From positions 12,544 to 76,543 of the IMG/VR virus record IMGVR_UViG_3300035454_000688: a DNA stretch of 64,000 nt, one strand, 5' to 3'. The notes beneath the pieces were generated by a model. The model saw only the letters and a program-made list of their open reading frames with translations, searched no databases and was not told where the DNA came from. Position 1 is the first letter of the stretch; each line of letters begins with the position of its first letter. Position numbers and translations under genes: made by a program. Of the stretch, positions 1 to 8,165 are shown piece by piece. The stretch comes from a virus (taxonomy: Duplodnaviria > Caudoviricetes).

Positions 1-808
1 CCGTGAAGCCAATCGGACCCTGAGCACCCGTCGAGCCAGTGAATCCAGTATCGCCACGATCACCGGCTACAATAAACGAAATAACAACATTAGAACCATT
101 TGCAAGAGGAGTAGAGTTACCAGAAACATATGCTACAGGAACATCAAAATGGTTGCCGTGATCAATATGCGTACCGGTGATATTGAAAACAATAAAGTTA
201 GCAACATTGGCTTCTTCAGTAAGTTTAATCGATCCCTTAATATCTGAAGTCGAATCGTCAATTGTCTGAATGAACGATGTAATATCAACAGCATTCCTAT
301 CAAAAATAGAAATACCCATTACTTCCGCCTGCGTAGGGTTCGTATTCGTTAATAGCACATAGCCGTTTGCAATGTTTTCAATAAAGGTATCAGTCGACCA
401 CTGGTAGTAGAATGAAGCACCACCAAATCCGCCATCGGCTCCTTTTGAACCAGTAAATCCAGATACGCCTTGTGATCCAGTAAAACCTTGAGAGCCAACA
501 AACCCTTGGATACCCTGCGATCCAGTAAACCCAGGATTGTTCGACCAGTATACCGCACTACCGTTTGATACTAGCGCTTGGCCATCCGTACCACTTGATC
601 CATTAGCTGAAATGGATCCTACGCTCAGTGATGTAAGATTGGCCCCTACTTCGAAAGATACCGAGCCGTTGGAAGAGAAGACTTTTTGATCAGTAAGATT
701 GACTGCAAACTCACCAGCATCAATAAAAGCATTGTTACTTGAGTTGGTTGTGTTTGGCGTGCGACCAGATATGGTGGTGCGCTTGAACTGAATCTTGTTA
801 TTAGCCAT
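1..808 (-). CDS. Collagen-like tail fibre protein (5' part; runs off the left edge)
   Basis: Hand translation from ATG 808 (GGAG RBS) is open to position 1: MANNKIQFKRTTISGRTP...[22 protein letters not shown]...[21 protein letters not shown]. Missing from the ORF track because it has no stop in the window. Confidence 0.85.
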   Translation of the reverse strand, partial: MANNKIQFKRTTISGRTPNTTNSSNNAFIDAGEFAVNLTDQKVFSSNGSVSFEVGANLTSLSVGSISANGSSGTDGQALVSNGSAVYWSNNPGFTGSQGIQGFVGSQGFTGSQGVSGFTGSKGADGGFGGASFYYQWSTDTFIENIANGYVLLTNTNPTQAEVMGISIFDRNAVDITSFIQTIDDSTSDIKGSIKLTEEANVANFIVFNITGTHIDHGNHFDVPVAYVSGNSTPLANGSNVVISFIVAGDRGDTGFTGSTGAQGPIGFT

Positions 809-854
809 GTGGCTCTCCAAAGGTAGATATATATCTTACAGGCCAACTATTTAG

Positions 855-882
855 TTGACTTTATTCCAATTCTATTTATAAT
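855..882 (+). promoter_or_regulatory. Sigma70-type promoter for the glycosyltransferase operon (probably leaderless)
   Basis: TTGACT (855-860), 16 nt spacer, TATAAT (877-882). ATG 889 lies 7 nt downstream with no RBS. Confidence 0.6.
873..880 (-). promoter_or_regulatory. T4-type late promoter TATAAATA
   Basis: Exact TATAAATA on the minus strand, 65 nt upstream of the fibre ATG at 808. Confidence 0.65.
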
Positions 883-888
883 GGTAAC

Positions 889-2922
889 ATGATGAAGATT
901 GCTTTTATTGATACACTAGGCCTGACATATGACGGCTCCACACTCTCGAAGAGAGGTCTTGGAGGATCTGAGTCCGCCGTTATTCGTATGGCCGAAGAAC
1001 TTACCAAGATTGGCTTTGATGTTACAGTCTTTAACGATTGTACATCTGATGATTCGAATCCAGGTCGTTATGATGGCGTTAACTATTGTCCTTTGAATGA
1101 ATTACATTCTGGCAGCGGATTCGATGTATGTATAGTATCACGTTCAGTAAAGCCGATTGCAGAAGATTGGCATGTAATTCAAAAGTCGCGGCATGTCTGC
1201 CTTTGGATGCACGATACGTTCTGTGAAGGTGACGATCAGATCGAATATCTTGTTAATATCGGCAAGCTCCAAGAGATCTTCACACTCTCCGACTGGCACA
1301 CGGGTTATGTCACCCACTGTGATCATGGATTCCGCCGTAACTTCGATGTTTTGAAGAATCATATTTTCATGACTCGTAATGGTATCGGCAATATGAATCC
1401 TGGCTGGATTGATGTCCGTGACAAGGATCCAAACCTGTTTGTCTTCAATGCATCTGTTACAAAGGGTATGATTCCTCTTGTGAAGCAGATCTGGCCCGAA
1501 GTGAAACGTAGGATCCCTGAAGCTAGGCTGAAGATCATCGGCGGCTTCTACAAGTTCCGCGAAGCAGCTGGTCCGGACCAGCAGCAGAAGGACTGGACTG
1601 AGCTCATGCTGCAGTATGGTCGTGATATTGAATTCACTGGCGTGATCACTCAACAAGAGATCTCAGATATCCTGCGCAAAGCATCCTACATGATCTATCC
1701 TGTAGGCTTCCCAGAGACGTTCGGCATCTCGACTCTTGAAGCCCTGGCTCACAACGTTCCGTTGATCACATGTCAGTTTGGAGCTCTTGAAGAAACTGCA
1801 ATTGATCTGGCATCATGGAAGATCAAGTATCCTGTCGAAAAGAACTGGGCGATGCAGTGGCTCAACGAAGAATCGCAAGTCAATCTGTTCGTCGATAAGG
1901 TCGTAGAGGCCTACAACACACCCTACCTACATCAGCAGAAGATGTATGCATGCAATCAGATCAAAGATATCTGTACATGGGATACCGTTGCCCTACAATG
2001 GAAGCAACATTTGTATAAGAAGCTCGGTGAGTATCTGCCAATCTATGAATACCGTAAGGTGACGAAGATCAACGACAAGGTTCGTAGAGTCTTCAATCGG
2101 CGCTTCATAAGCCCCGAAGAGCTACAGCCAGCAAAGATCTCAGATGAAAAATCTATAGCAGTCATTACACCTGTCTACAATGCAGAGTCATACATTGAAA
2201 AGTGTATCAGATCAGTAGCTGCACAGGAATATACCGACTATCACATGTATATTATCGATGACTGCTCAGGAGACAATACAGTAAAGATCGCAAGGGAAAC
2301 TATTGCCTCTCTTCCAGTATGGCAACGTTATCACTTTAGTGTTTTTGAAAACGAAGAGAATGTTGGAGCTGTTGCAAACCACTTCGATACGATTAAGCAG
2401 CTAATAACAGAACAAGTCGTTATACTTCTTGATGGGGATGATTCGCTTGTCAACGATCCCAACATCTTCCATATGTACAACAACCTCTATCATGAAGGTG
2501 CAGAGTTTACATATGGATCGTGTTGGTCAATGGTTGACAACATTCCATTGATTGCACAAGAGTATCCTCCGGAAGTCAAGGCCAACAAAACCTATCGCGA
2601 CTATAAGTTCGCGTGGAATATGCCATACACACATCTGCGCACGTTCAAGTCATCGCTAGTCAAAACCCTGACAAGAGAGGATCTGCAGATCGATGGCGAC
2701 TGGCCAAGAGCTGGTGGAGACACTGCGCTGTTCTACTACCTGCTTGAGAAAGCTGATCCAGAAAAGGTTGTCTGCGTGACAGATATAGTGTACAACTATA
2801 ATGACATGAACCCCCTGAACGACTACAAGGTCAACTCAGATGAGCAGACAGCAACTTCTCAGAAGATTATTGCTAAACCATCTCCATTTGCTCCAGGACA
2901 GATTGATCTGAGACCCCTATGA
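889..2922 (+). CDS. Two-domain glycosyltransferase (N-terminal GT-B/GT4-like + C-terminal GT-A/GT2-like)
   Basis: GLGGSESAV N-terminal loop and PETFGISTLEALA (E-x7-E) GT4 motif; VITPVYNAESYIEKCIRSV...IIDDCS...LLDGDD GT2 motifs. Confidence 0.9.
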   Translation: MMKIAFIDTLGLTYDGSTLSKRGLGGSESAVIRMAEELTKIGFDVTVFNDCTSDDSNPGRYDGVNYCPLNELHSGSGFDVCIVSRSVKPIAEDWHVIQKSRHVCLWMHDTFCEGDDQIEYLVNIGKLQEIFTLSDWHTGYVTHCDHGFRRNFDVLKNHIFMTRNGIGNMNPGWIDVRDKDPNLFVFNASVTKGMIPLVKQIWPEVKRRIPEARLKIIGGFYKFREAAGPDQQQKDWTELMLQYGRDIEFTGVITQQEISDILRKASYMIYPVGFPETFGISTLEALAHNVPLITCQFGALEETAIDLASWKIKYPVEKNWAMQWLNEESQVNLFVDKVVEAYNTPYLHQQKMYACNQIKDICTWDTVALQWKQHLYKKLGEYLPIYEYRKVTKINDKVRRVFNRRFISPEELQPAKISDEKSIAVITPVYNAESYIEKCIRSVAAQEYTDYHMYIIDDCSGDNTVKIARETIASLPVWQRYHFSVFENEENVGAVANHFDTIKQLITEQVVILLDGDDSLVNDPNIFHMYNNLYHEGAEFTYGSCWSMVDNIPLIAQEYPPEVKANKTYRDYKFAWNMPYTHLRTFKSSLVKTLTREDLQIDGDWPRAGGDTALFYYLLEKADPEKVVCVTDIVYNYNDMNPLNDYKVNSDEQTATSQKIIAKPSPFAPGQIDLRPL

Positions 2923-4184
2923 AAAAGATTCTAATTGCAATCCCAACAGCCCGCTACATCGAGGCAGAGACCTTCAAGTCCATCTATGATCTAGAGGTTC
3001 CGGAAGGTTATGAGGTTGAGTTTCAATACTTCTATGGATATAGAGTCGACCAGGTTCGCAATCTGATTGCAGACTGGGTTGTTCGTGGCTTCGACTATCT
3101 GTTCTCTGTCGACCACGACATTACATTCCCATCAGACACACTAAAGAAACTTCTTGCTCACGACAAGGATCTTGTATCGGGAGTCTATAGACAAAGACTC
3201 GAGCCCCAGATGCTTGAGATCTATGAGCCGTTTGGCACACGTATGTCCACCGAAGATCTTTATTCCAGAGATTGGAATCTTGTCGGAATCGGAGGCTGTG
3301 GCTTCGGTTGTGTGCTTGTCAAGAAACAAGTTCTAGTAGGTGTGGGATATCCACAATTTGAATATCACCATGCTCTGAATCACAACGATACAATCAGCGA
3401 GGACACAGACTTCTGTAAGAAGGCTATATCCAAGGGCTTTAGTCTGTGGTGTGACCCATCTGTACTATGTGGTCACATTGGATCCACAACGATGCATGTA
3501 GAAGTTCCAAAGGTCAATCCAGTCGAAGCAAGACTGAGAGAGTTGTCGCTCAGAGATGATCAGCCAAAAGATCATGTGGACTATCTCAATGGCATGATGC
3601 TAGAAGGTGTTCAACCTAAAGTCATTTACGACATTGGTGCCTGTGTAATGCACTGGACAAAGGAAGCTAGGAAGATCTGGCCAAAGGCCAAGATTGTAAT
3701 GTTCGATGCAATGGATCATGCTGAGTTCTTATACAAAGAATCGGGCTTAGATTACTATTGTGATGGTCCTGTGGGAGACTTTACGCGTTGGGTAAAATAT
3801 TATGAAAACCCAATGGATCCTGCTGGCAACTCTATCTTCAAGGAAGACACACCACACTTCACAGAAGAACATGCGGTCGACAAGAAGATGAGGTCGCTCG
3901 ACGATATCGCATCTGAAAAGGGGTGGGCCAAACCTGACCTTATCAAGATCGATGCGCAAGGCGCCGAATTGTTGGTTCTAGTCGGCGCGGAAGAAACACT
4001 CTCGGAATGTCAAGACATTATCATAGAGATGCAACACCAGGAATACAATCTAGGTGCGCCACAAAAAGAAGTGGTGACTGAATACCTGAATTCTATGGGG
4101 TTTGAGCTAGTTGATCAGATCCATATCGGACAGGTCGATGGTGACTACCACTTTAGGCGTCAGAAGGCTTTGCCTTCTTCTTAA
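2919..4184 (+). CDS. GT-A-like glycosyltransferase fused to an FkbM-family methyltransferase
   Basis: ILIAIPT...SVDHD (DxD)...GCGFGCVLV...SEDTDFC, then VIYDIGAC and DLIKIDAQGAELLVL (FkbM). ATGA overlap with the upstream gene. Confidence 0.85.
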   Translation: MKKILIAIPTARYIEAETFKSIYDLEVPEGYEVEFQYFYGYRVDQVRNLIADWVVRGFDYLFSVDHDITFPSDTLKKLLAHDKDLVSGVYRQRLEPQMLEIYEPFGTRMSTEDLYSRDWNLVGIGGCGFGCVLVKKQVLVGVGYPQFEYHHALNHNDTISEDTDFCKKAISKGFSLWCDPSVLCGHIGSTTMHVEVPKVNPVEARLRELSLRDDQPKDHVDYLNGMMLEGVQPKVIYDIGACVMHWTKEARKIWPKAKIVMFDAMDHAEFLYKESGLDYYCDGPVGDFTRWVKYYENPMDPAGNSIFKEDTPHFTEEHAVDKKMRSLDDIASEKGWAKPDLIKIDAQGAELLVLVGAEETLSECQDIIIEMQHQEYNLGAPQKEVVTEYLNSMGFELVDQIHIGQVDGDYHFRRQKALPSS

Positions 4185-4347
4185 TACGCTCAAGTTCCTG
4201 AACAGTTTGTTCGTGTTCGGCTTGGAGGCTGGCGAGACTCTTTTCGAGTAGCGCCAGCCTCGCTTCGTGAAGAACGTTTTTACTTACGGCGTCATGGAGA
4301 TTCACTGTCAGACGATTGATGTACTCATTAACAAATTCAGCTTCCAT
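4153..4347 (-). CDS. Small coiled-coil hypothetical protein
   Basis: 64 aa, last gene of the minus-strand fibre run, heptad-like LEKSLASLQAEHEQ. Confidence 0.6.
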   Translation of the reverse strand: MEAEFVNEYINRLTVNLHDAVSKNVLHEARLALLEKSLASLQAEHEQTVQELERIKKKAKPSDA

Positions 4348-4349
4348 TA

Positions 4350-5840
4350 TTAAAAGGCTCCCCCATCGAGTGTTCCATACACTACCGATGTTCCGTTTGA
4401 TTGTAGAACGTAGCCGTCTGTTCCGACAGCCAGGTTTGTCATTCCGTTAGTTGAGTTGCCTACAAGGATACCACCATCTGTCAATGTGGACAGCTTGATA
4501 GTGTTTGCAGAGATGGCAACGTTGATAATCGAGTTAGCAGTGATGTTGAAGTTGCTGCTATTCGAAACCAGAGCTCCTGAGTTTAGGTAAGCCTCGAGAA
4601 CAGCTGTTCCGTATCCAACCCCACCAGTATCAACTGTTGTTGAAGGCTCTACTTCGAGAGCTGTAAAGAGCTTGTATATGCCGTCCGTAGCGTCACGGAA
4701 CAAACCAGTATAACGCGTGCCACCATTGGTGTACATACCGTATAGACCAACGTCGACGATGTCAGCACCGTTACCGTTAGCTAACTTGATCAGTGGATCT
4801 TCGATGGTAAGGTTGGTGGTATCGATTGTAGTTAGTGTGCCCGATACTGTCAGGTTACCCGAAAGCGAAAGGTCTGTAATAGATAGAGCGGTGTTAACAT
4901 GGATACCAGATGTGTTAACTGTGAGTGTGGATCCAGTAGTGACACCAACAGAATCTGCTGCAACGCTAATACCGTTTGCAGCTGCAACATTGAGAGTCAG
5001 ATCACCAGTTGTTCCACCACCAGTAAGACCGTCACCAGCAACAACTGATGTGATGTCGGCAAGGGTGTTAGCCCAGTATACTGATGAGCCGTTCGAGTGG
5101 AGAACCTGACCAGCTACACCAACTTCACCGTTTGCGCCAAGGCCGATACCGGCGCCGACAGTTACCTGAGTGGCGTTTGCAATGAAAGCTGTTCCGACAG
5201 ACACGGCCGCTGCGTTGACAAGGCCAGTTGTGTAAACACCTGTGCCGTTAGCAATAACAGCTGAACCAACGGTAACAGCAAGAGCATTGACAGTAGCACT
5301 TGCAAACAAGTTGGCTGTCGTGATTGTGGTACCGTTCGCTGTAGAGAAAACAGTGGTGTTACCAACAGCAAAGTCGCTGGCGTTAATCTTACCGCCAACG
5401 CCCAAGCCACCAGTGATTACAATTGCGCCCGTAGTGTTGTTGGCACTATCTATGATGCTAGTGAATGTGTGAGTGTTTGTCCACGCATAAGTTGCGTTGA
5501 CGTTAATCGAGACAGCGCCCTGTGGAAGCCAGTATGTGTTACCACTTGCATCTACCGACAGCAGATAGCCTGCGCCAGGGCTTGCGACACCGTTCGCTGT
5601 GATTGTCTGAACAACAACGTTACCAGCAATGACCTTGTCGATGCCGGAAGTAGAGTTGGCTACAAGAGCCTGGTTGGCAGTCAGCGTACCAGGGCTTCTT
5701 GCTCCGCCAATTGCTGTAACTCCACCGAAGTTACCAATGAAAAGTACGTCTGAGTTGCCAGAAAAGGCTAGTTCACCGTTAGATAATGATGTAGGAGTAG
5801 CTGTAATTTCTGACCGTTTAATCTGAATTAGATTGGCCAT
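4350..5840 (-). CDS. Tail fibre-like virion protein
   Basis: MANLIQIKRS...GELA fibre N-terminus, G/T/N/A-rich beta-repeat body, LTIEDPLIKLA motif, C-terminal LDGGAF. Confidence 0.7.
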   Translation of the reverse strand: MANLIQIKRSEITATPTSLSNGELAFSGNSDVLFIGNFGGVTAIGGARSPGTLTANQALVANSTSGIDKVIAGNVVVQTITANGVASPGAGYLLSVDASGNTYWLPQGAVSINVNATYAWTNTHTFTSIIDSANNTTGAIVITGGLGVGGKINASDFAVGNTTVFSTANGTTITTANLFASATVNALAVTVGSAVIANGTGVYTTGLVNAAAVSVGTAFIANATQVTVGAGIGLGANGEVGVAGQVLHSNGSSVYWANTLADITSVVAGDGLTGGGTTGDLTLNVAAANGISVAADSVGVTTGSTLTVNTSGIHVNTALSITDLSLSGNLTVSGTLTTIDTTNLTIEDPLIKLANGNGADIVDVGLYGMYTNGGTRYTGLFRDATDGIYKLFTALEVEPSTTVDTGGVGYGTAVLEAYLNSGALVSNSSNFNITANSIINVAISANTIKLSTLTDGGILVGNSTNGMTNLAVGTDGYVLQSNGTSVVYGTLDGGAF

Positions 5841-5850
5841 CTTCTATCCT

Positions 5851-6114
5851 TTAAAAAGTTCCTCCATCCAATCCGGATGCACCAAGGTCGATTAGTTTAA
5901 CTTCATATTTATCTAAACTAGCATTGTACACTAGAGTAGCACCTTCGACCACATTGGTCTCCACAACATCAGCAATATCCTCGATAGATCTGATCTCATT
6001 AATTTGATTCTTTAATGTAACGCCAGGAGCGGCCGAGTTCAATCGACCGTCAGACTTTGCTACAGCTATGATGCTATTGCTAACTCTTCCTGTGAGTGAA
6101 GCTCTTAGTGCCAT
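5851..6114 (-). CDS. Small virion/fibre-associated hypothetical protein
   Basis: IEDIADV...GATLVYNASLDKYE fibre-type repeat, C-terminal LDGGTF; in the structural operon. Confidence 0.55.
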   Translation of the reverse strand: MALRASLTGRVSNSIIAVAKSDGRLNSAAPGVTLKNQINEIRSIEDIADVVETNVVEGATLVYNASLDKYEVKLIDLGASGLDGGTF

Positions 6115-6116
6115 TC

Positions 6117-6446
6117 TTACCTCGTTACTTGAGGAGTGATCGTCACGATACCTTCGATCAATCGTGATACTGTGCCATCACCATCTGTGAGCTCACAGTC
6201 GTATACGTATCTACCAGGAGATATGTTGCCCGTGACAGCAGCGTTCATTGACAGGGTCACAACACCCGAAGCGTTAGCAATAGACACAGTGAAAGAATGA
6301 GCATTAGTAGATGTGTAGTGCTTACGCATTTGAGCTGCACCAGTGTAGCCAGTCAGATCAACAGGATCGCCGGCATCATCAGTGACGTCGATAGAGGTGG
6401 AGTAGTTAGCTCCTTGATCTATTGTGATGTGTGCCTTAATTGCCAT
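6117..6446 (-). CDS. Conserved virion structural protein
   Basis: ITIDQGANY...PVDLTGYTGAAQMRK...GRYVYDCEL...RLIEGIVTITP, a pattern typical of T4-like marine/freshwater phage structural proteins. Confidence 0.65.
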   Translation of the reverse strand: MAIKAHITIDQGANYSTSIDVTDDAGDPVDLTGYTGAAQMRKHYTSTNAHSFTVSIANASGVVTLSMNAAVTGNISPGRYVYDCELTDGDGTVSRLIEGIVTITPQVTR

Positions 6447-6457
6447 TTGCTATTCTC

Positions 6458-7018
6458 TTATTCTGGAACTGGGTTGCCATTTGTCGATGCGTATAGGGAA
6501 AATGTACTGGTTGCAACTGTTACCTGAGTTATTTTGTGTCGAATTGTTGCACCAAGAATTGCAAAAACCGATGAATTGAACTCATTTGCAAAAACTCTCC
6601 AAACACGAGTAGTGGCAAGATCTAACCACGTATTAAGTGCATCACTTGTACCCTCTAAAAATTCGCCGCTTTGTTGTTCTACATAAATCTCGTACTGATT
6701 CGAATTAGCAGAGTTCACAATCCAGTCGTAGCTTGAAGTACTGCCATAGTCATCATAAAGCACAAATCCTGAAGAGTATATGGCCCAAGCCGCTTCAATG
6801 CCACCACCAAAAGTTACCGCAGTCGCACCGTCATCGCTTAATTGAACTTGATCTACGAACCCTTTCCAAGTACTTCCATTCCAAACTTTGGCATTAGTTG
6901 CCTGTATCCATGCTGATCCGTTCCAAACATTAAAAAGCGCGCCGGAATCATCGTATGGAAAACCCACCGAGTTATTCACTATTGCCCATGATGATCCGTT
7001 CCAATAGTGCATTGCCAT
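6458..7018 (-). CDS. Putative fibre-tip adhesin with Trp-rich N-terminus
   Basis: Three W-N-G-S-x-W repeats at the N-terminus; translationally coupled (TAATG) to the collagen fibre gene. Confidence 0.45.
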   Translation of the reverse strand: MAMHYWNGSSWAIVNNSVGFPYDDSGALFNVWNGSAWIQATNAKVWNGSTWKGFVDQVQLSDDGATAVTFGGGIEAAWAIYSSGFVLYDDYGSTSSYDWIVNSANSNQYEIYVEQQSGEFLEGTSDALNTWLDLATTRVWRVFANEFNSSVFAILGATIRHKITQVTVATSTFSLYASTNGNPVPE

Positions 7019-8154
7019 TAGATTTGAATCCAGATATCACCAGCTGCTGAAGCGGTTGGTTGTGTAGCAGATACAAACACCTGACCACCGCCAGTGTACC
7101 CACTAGTTACGTGACGTAGAATTGGAGCTGCAGCAGCCGCTGAGCTACCTTGTGATCCAGTGAAGCCAGTCGGACCTTGTGGCCCCGTTGGACCAGTAGG
7201 ACCAGCAATACCCTGAGCACCCTGAGCACCTTGGGCACCCTGAGCACCTTGCAGGCCCTGTGGACCTGTAGGTCCAGTAGATCCCGTTGGTCCAATCGGC
7301 CCCTGCGGCCCAATTGGCCCCTGCGCACCAACAGATCCTGTAAAGCCTATAGGACCTTGTGGACCTGTAGGCCCCTGAGCACCACTAGTTCCTTGTGAAC
7401 CCGTGAATCCGATTACACCCTGAGCTCCTTGCGGACCCGTAGAGCCGGTAGGACCAACTGGTCCAATTGGGCCTTGTGGTCCTGTGGCACCTAAGGATCC
7501 AGTAAAACCAATTGGGCCTTGAGGTCCTGTGTCGCCACGAGACCCGGTAAATCCTATTGGGCCCTGTGGGCCTTGTGGTCCAACAGGACCAACAGGACCC
7601 TGGGGTCCTAACGAACCTGTAAATCCGATGATACCCTGTGGTCCTTGAGGACCTGTTGGACCAGTAGGACCTTGAGGTCCTGTAGCACCTAGCGAACCTG
7701 TAAATCCAATAGGACCTTGAGGACCTTGCGCGCCGAGTGAACCAGTAAAGCCAATAGGACCTTGAGCACCCTGAGGACCGGTCGGACCGACTACTGTGGA
7801 AGCTGAACCAGTAAAGCCAATTATACCTTGACTTCCAGTGAAACCAATAGAGCCTGTGAAGCCCCTTTCACCTTGCGCGCCGACTGGACCGACATACGTA
7901 GTCCAATAAAGACCAGCAGCGTTAGAAGCAAGAACTTGACCGACTGTTCCTAAAGAGCCGTTCGCATTGATACCACCTGCGATTACCGCATTACCCGAGA
8001 TACCAATAGCTGCTGCATTGATCGTATTAGTAACAGCAAGGTTAGCCCCTACCGCTACGTTTGCAGTCATAGAAACATCATGCCCGAAGATCGAGTTGGT
8101 GCCGGCACCGACAACAGCAATACCATTTTCTACTTTAAATCTTGTATTAGCCAT
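7018..8154 (-). CDS. Collagen-like tail fibre protein
   Basis: About 250 aa of Gly-X-Y ([12 protein letters not shown]); C-terminal [15 protein letters not shown]. Confidence 0.85.
   Translation of the reverse strand: MANTRFKVENGIAVVGAGTNSIFGHDVSMTANVAVGANLAVTNTINAAAIGISGNAVIAGGINANGSLGTVGQVLASNAAGLYWTTYVGPVGAQGERGFTGSIGFTGSQGIIGFTGSASTVVGPTGPQGAQGPIGFTGSLGAQGPQGPIGFTGSLGATGPQGPTGPTGPQGPQGIIGFTGSLGPQGPVGPVGPQGPQGPIGFTGSRGDTGPQGPIGFTGSLGATGPQGPIGPVGPTGSTGPQGAQGVIGFTGSQGTSGAQGPTGPQGPIGFTGSVGAQGPIGPQGPIGPTGSTGPTGPQGLQGAQGAQGAQGAQGIAGPTGPTGPQGPTGFTGSQGSSAAAAAPILRHVTSGYTGGGQVFVSATQPTASAAGDIWIQI
7140..7890 (-). repeat. Gly-X-Y collagen coding repeat
   Basis: Degenerate 9-nt periodic repeats with recurring GPIGFTGS units. 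Confidence 0.85.
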
Positions 8155-8165
8155 TTGTCCCTACT

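Noticed and set aside
100-130. Apparent frameshift in the left-edge fibre gene
   Set aside because: Re-reading across the line break gives YVSGNSTPLANG in frame, so there is no disruption.
349-846. ORF-track entries 349-558 and 646-846 as genes
   Set aside because: They are off-frame shadows of the real fibre ORF starting at 808, which is open to the window edge.
7140-7890. CRISPR-like or DGR-like repeat array
   Set aside because: The repeats are degenerate codon-level Gly-X-Y units without spacers. No cas or reverse transcriptase gene is in the window, and there is no adenine-specific TR/VR pair.
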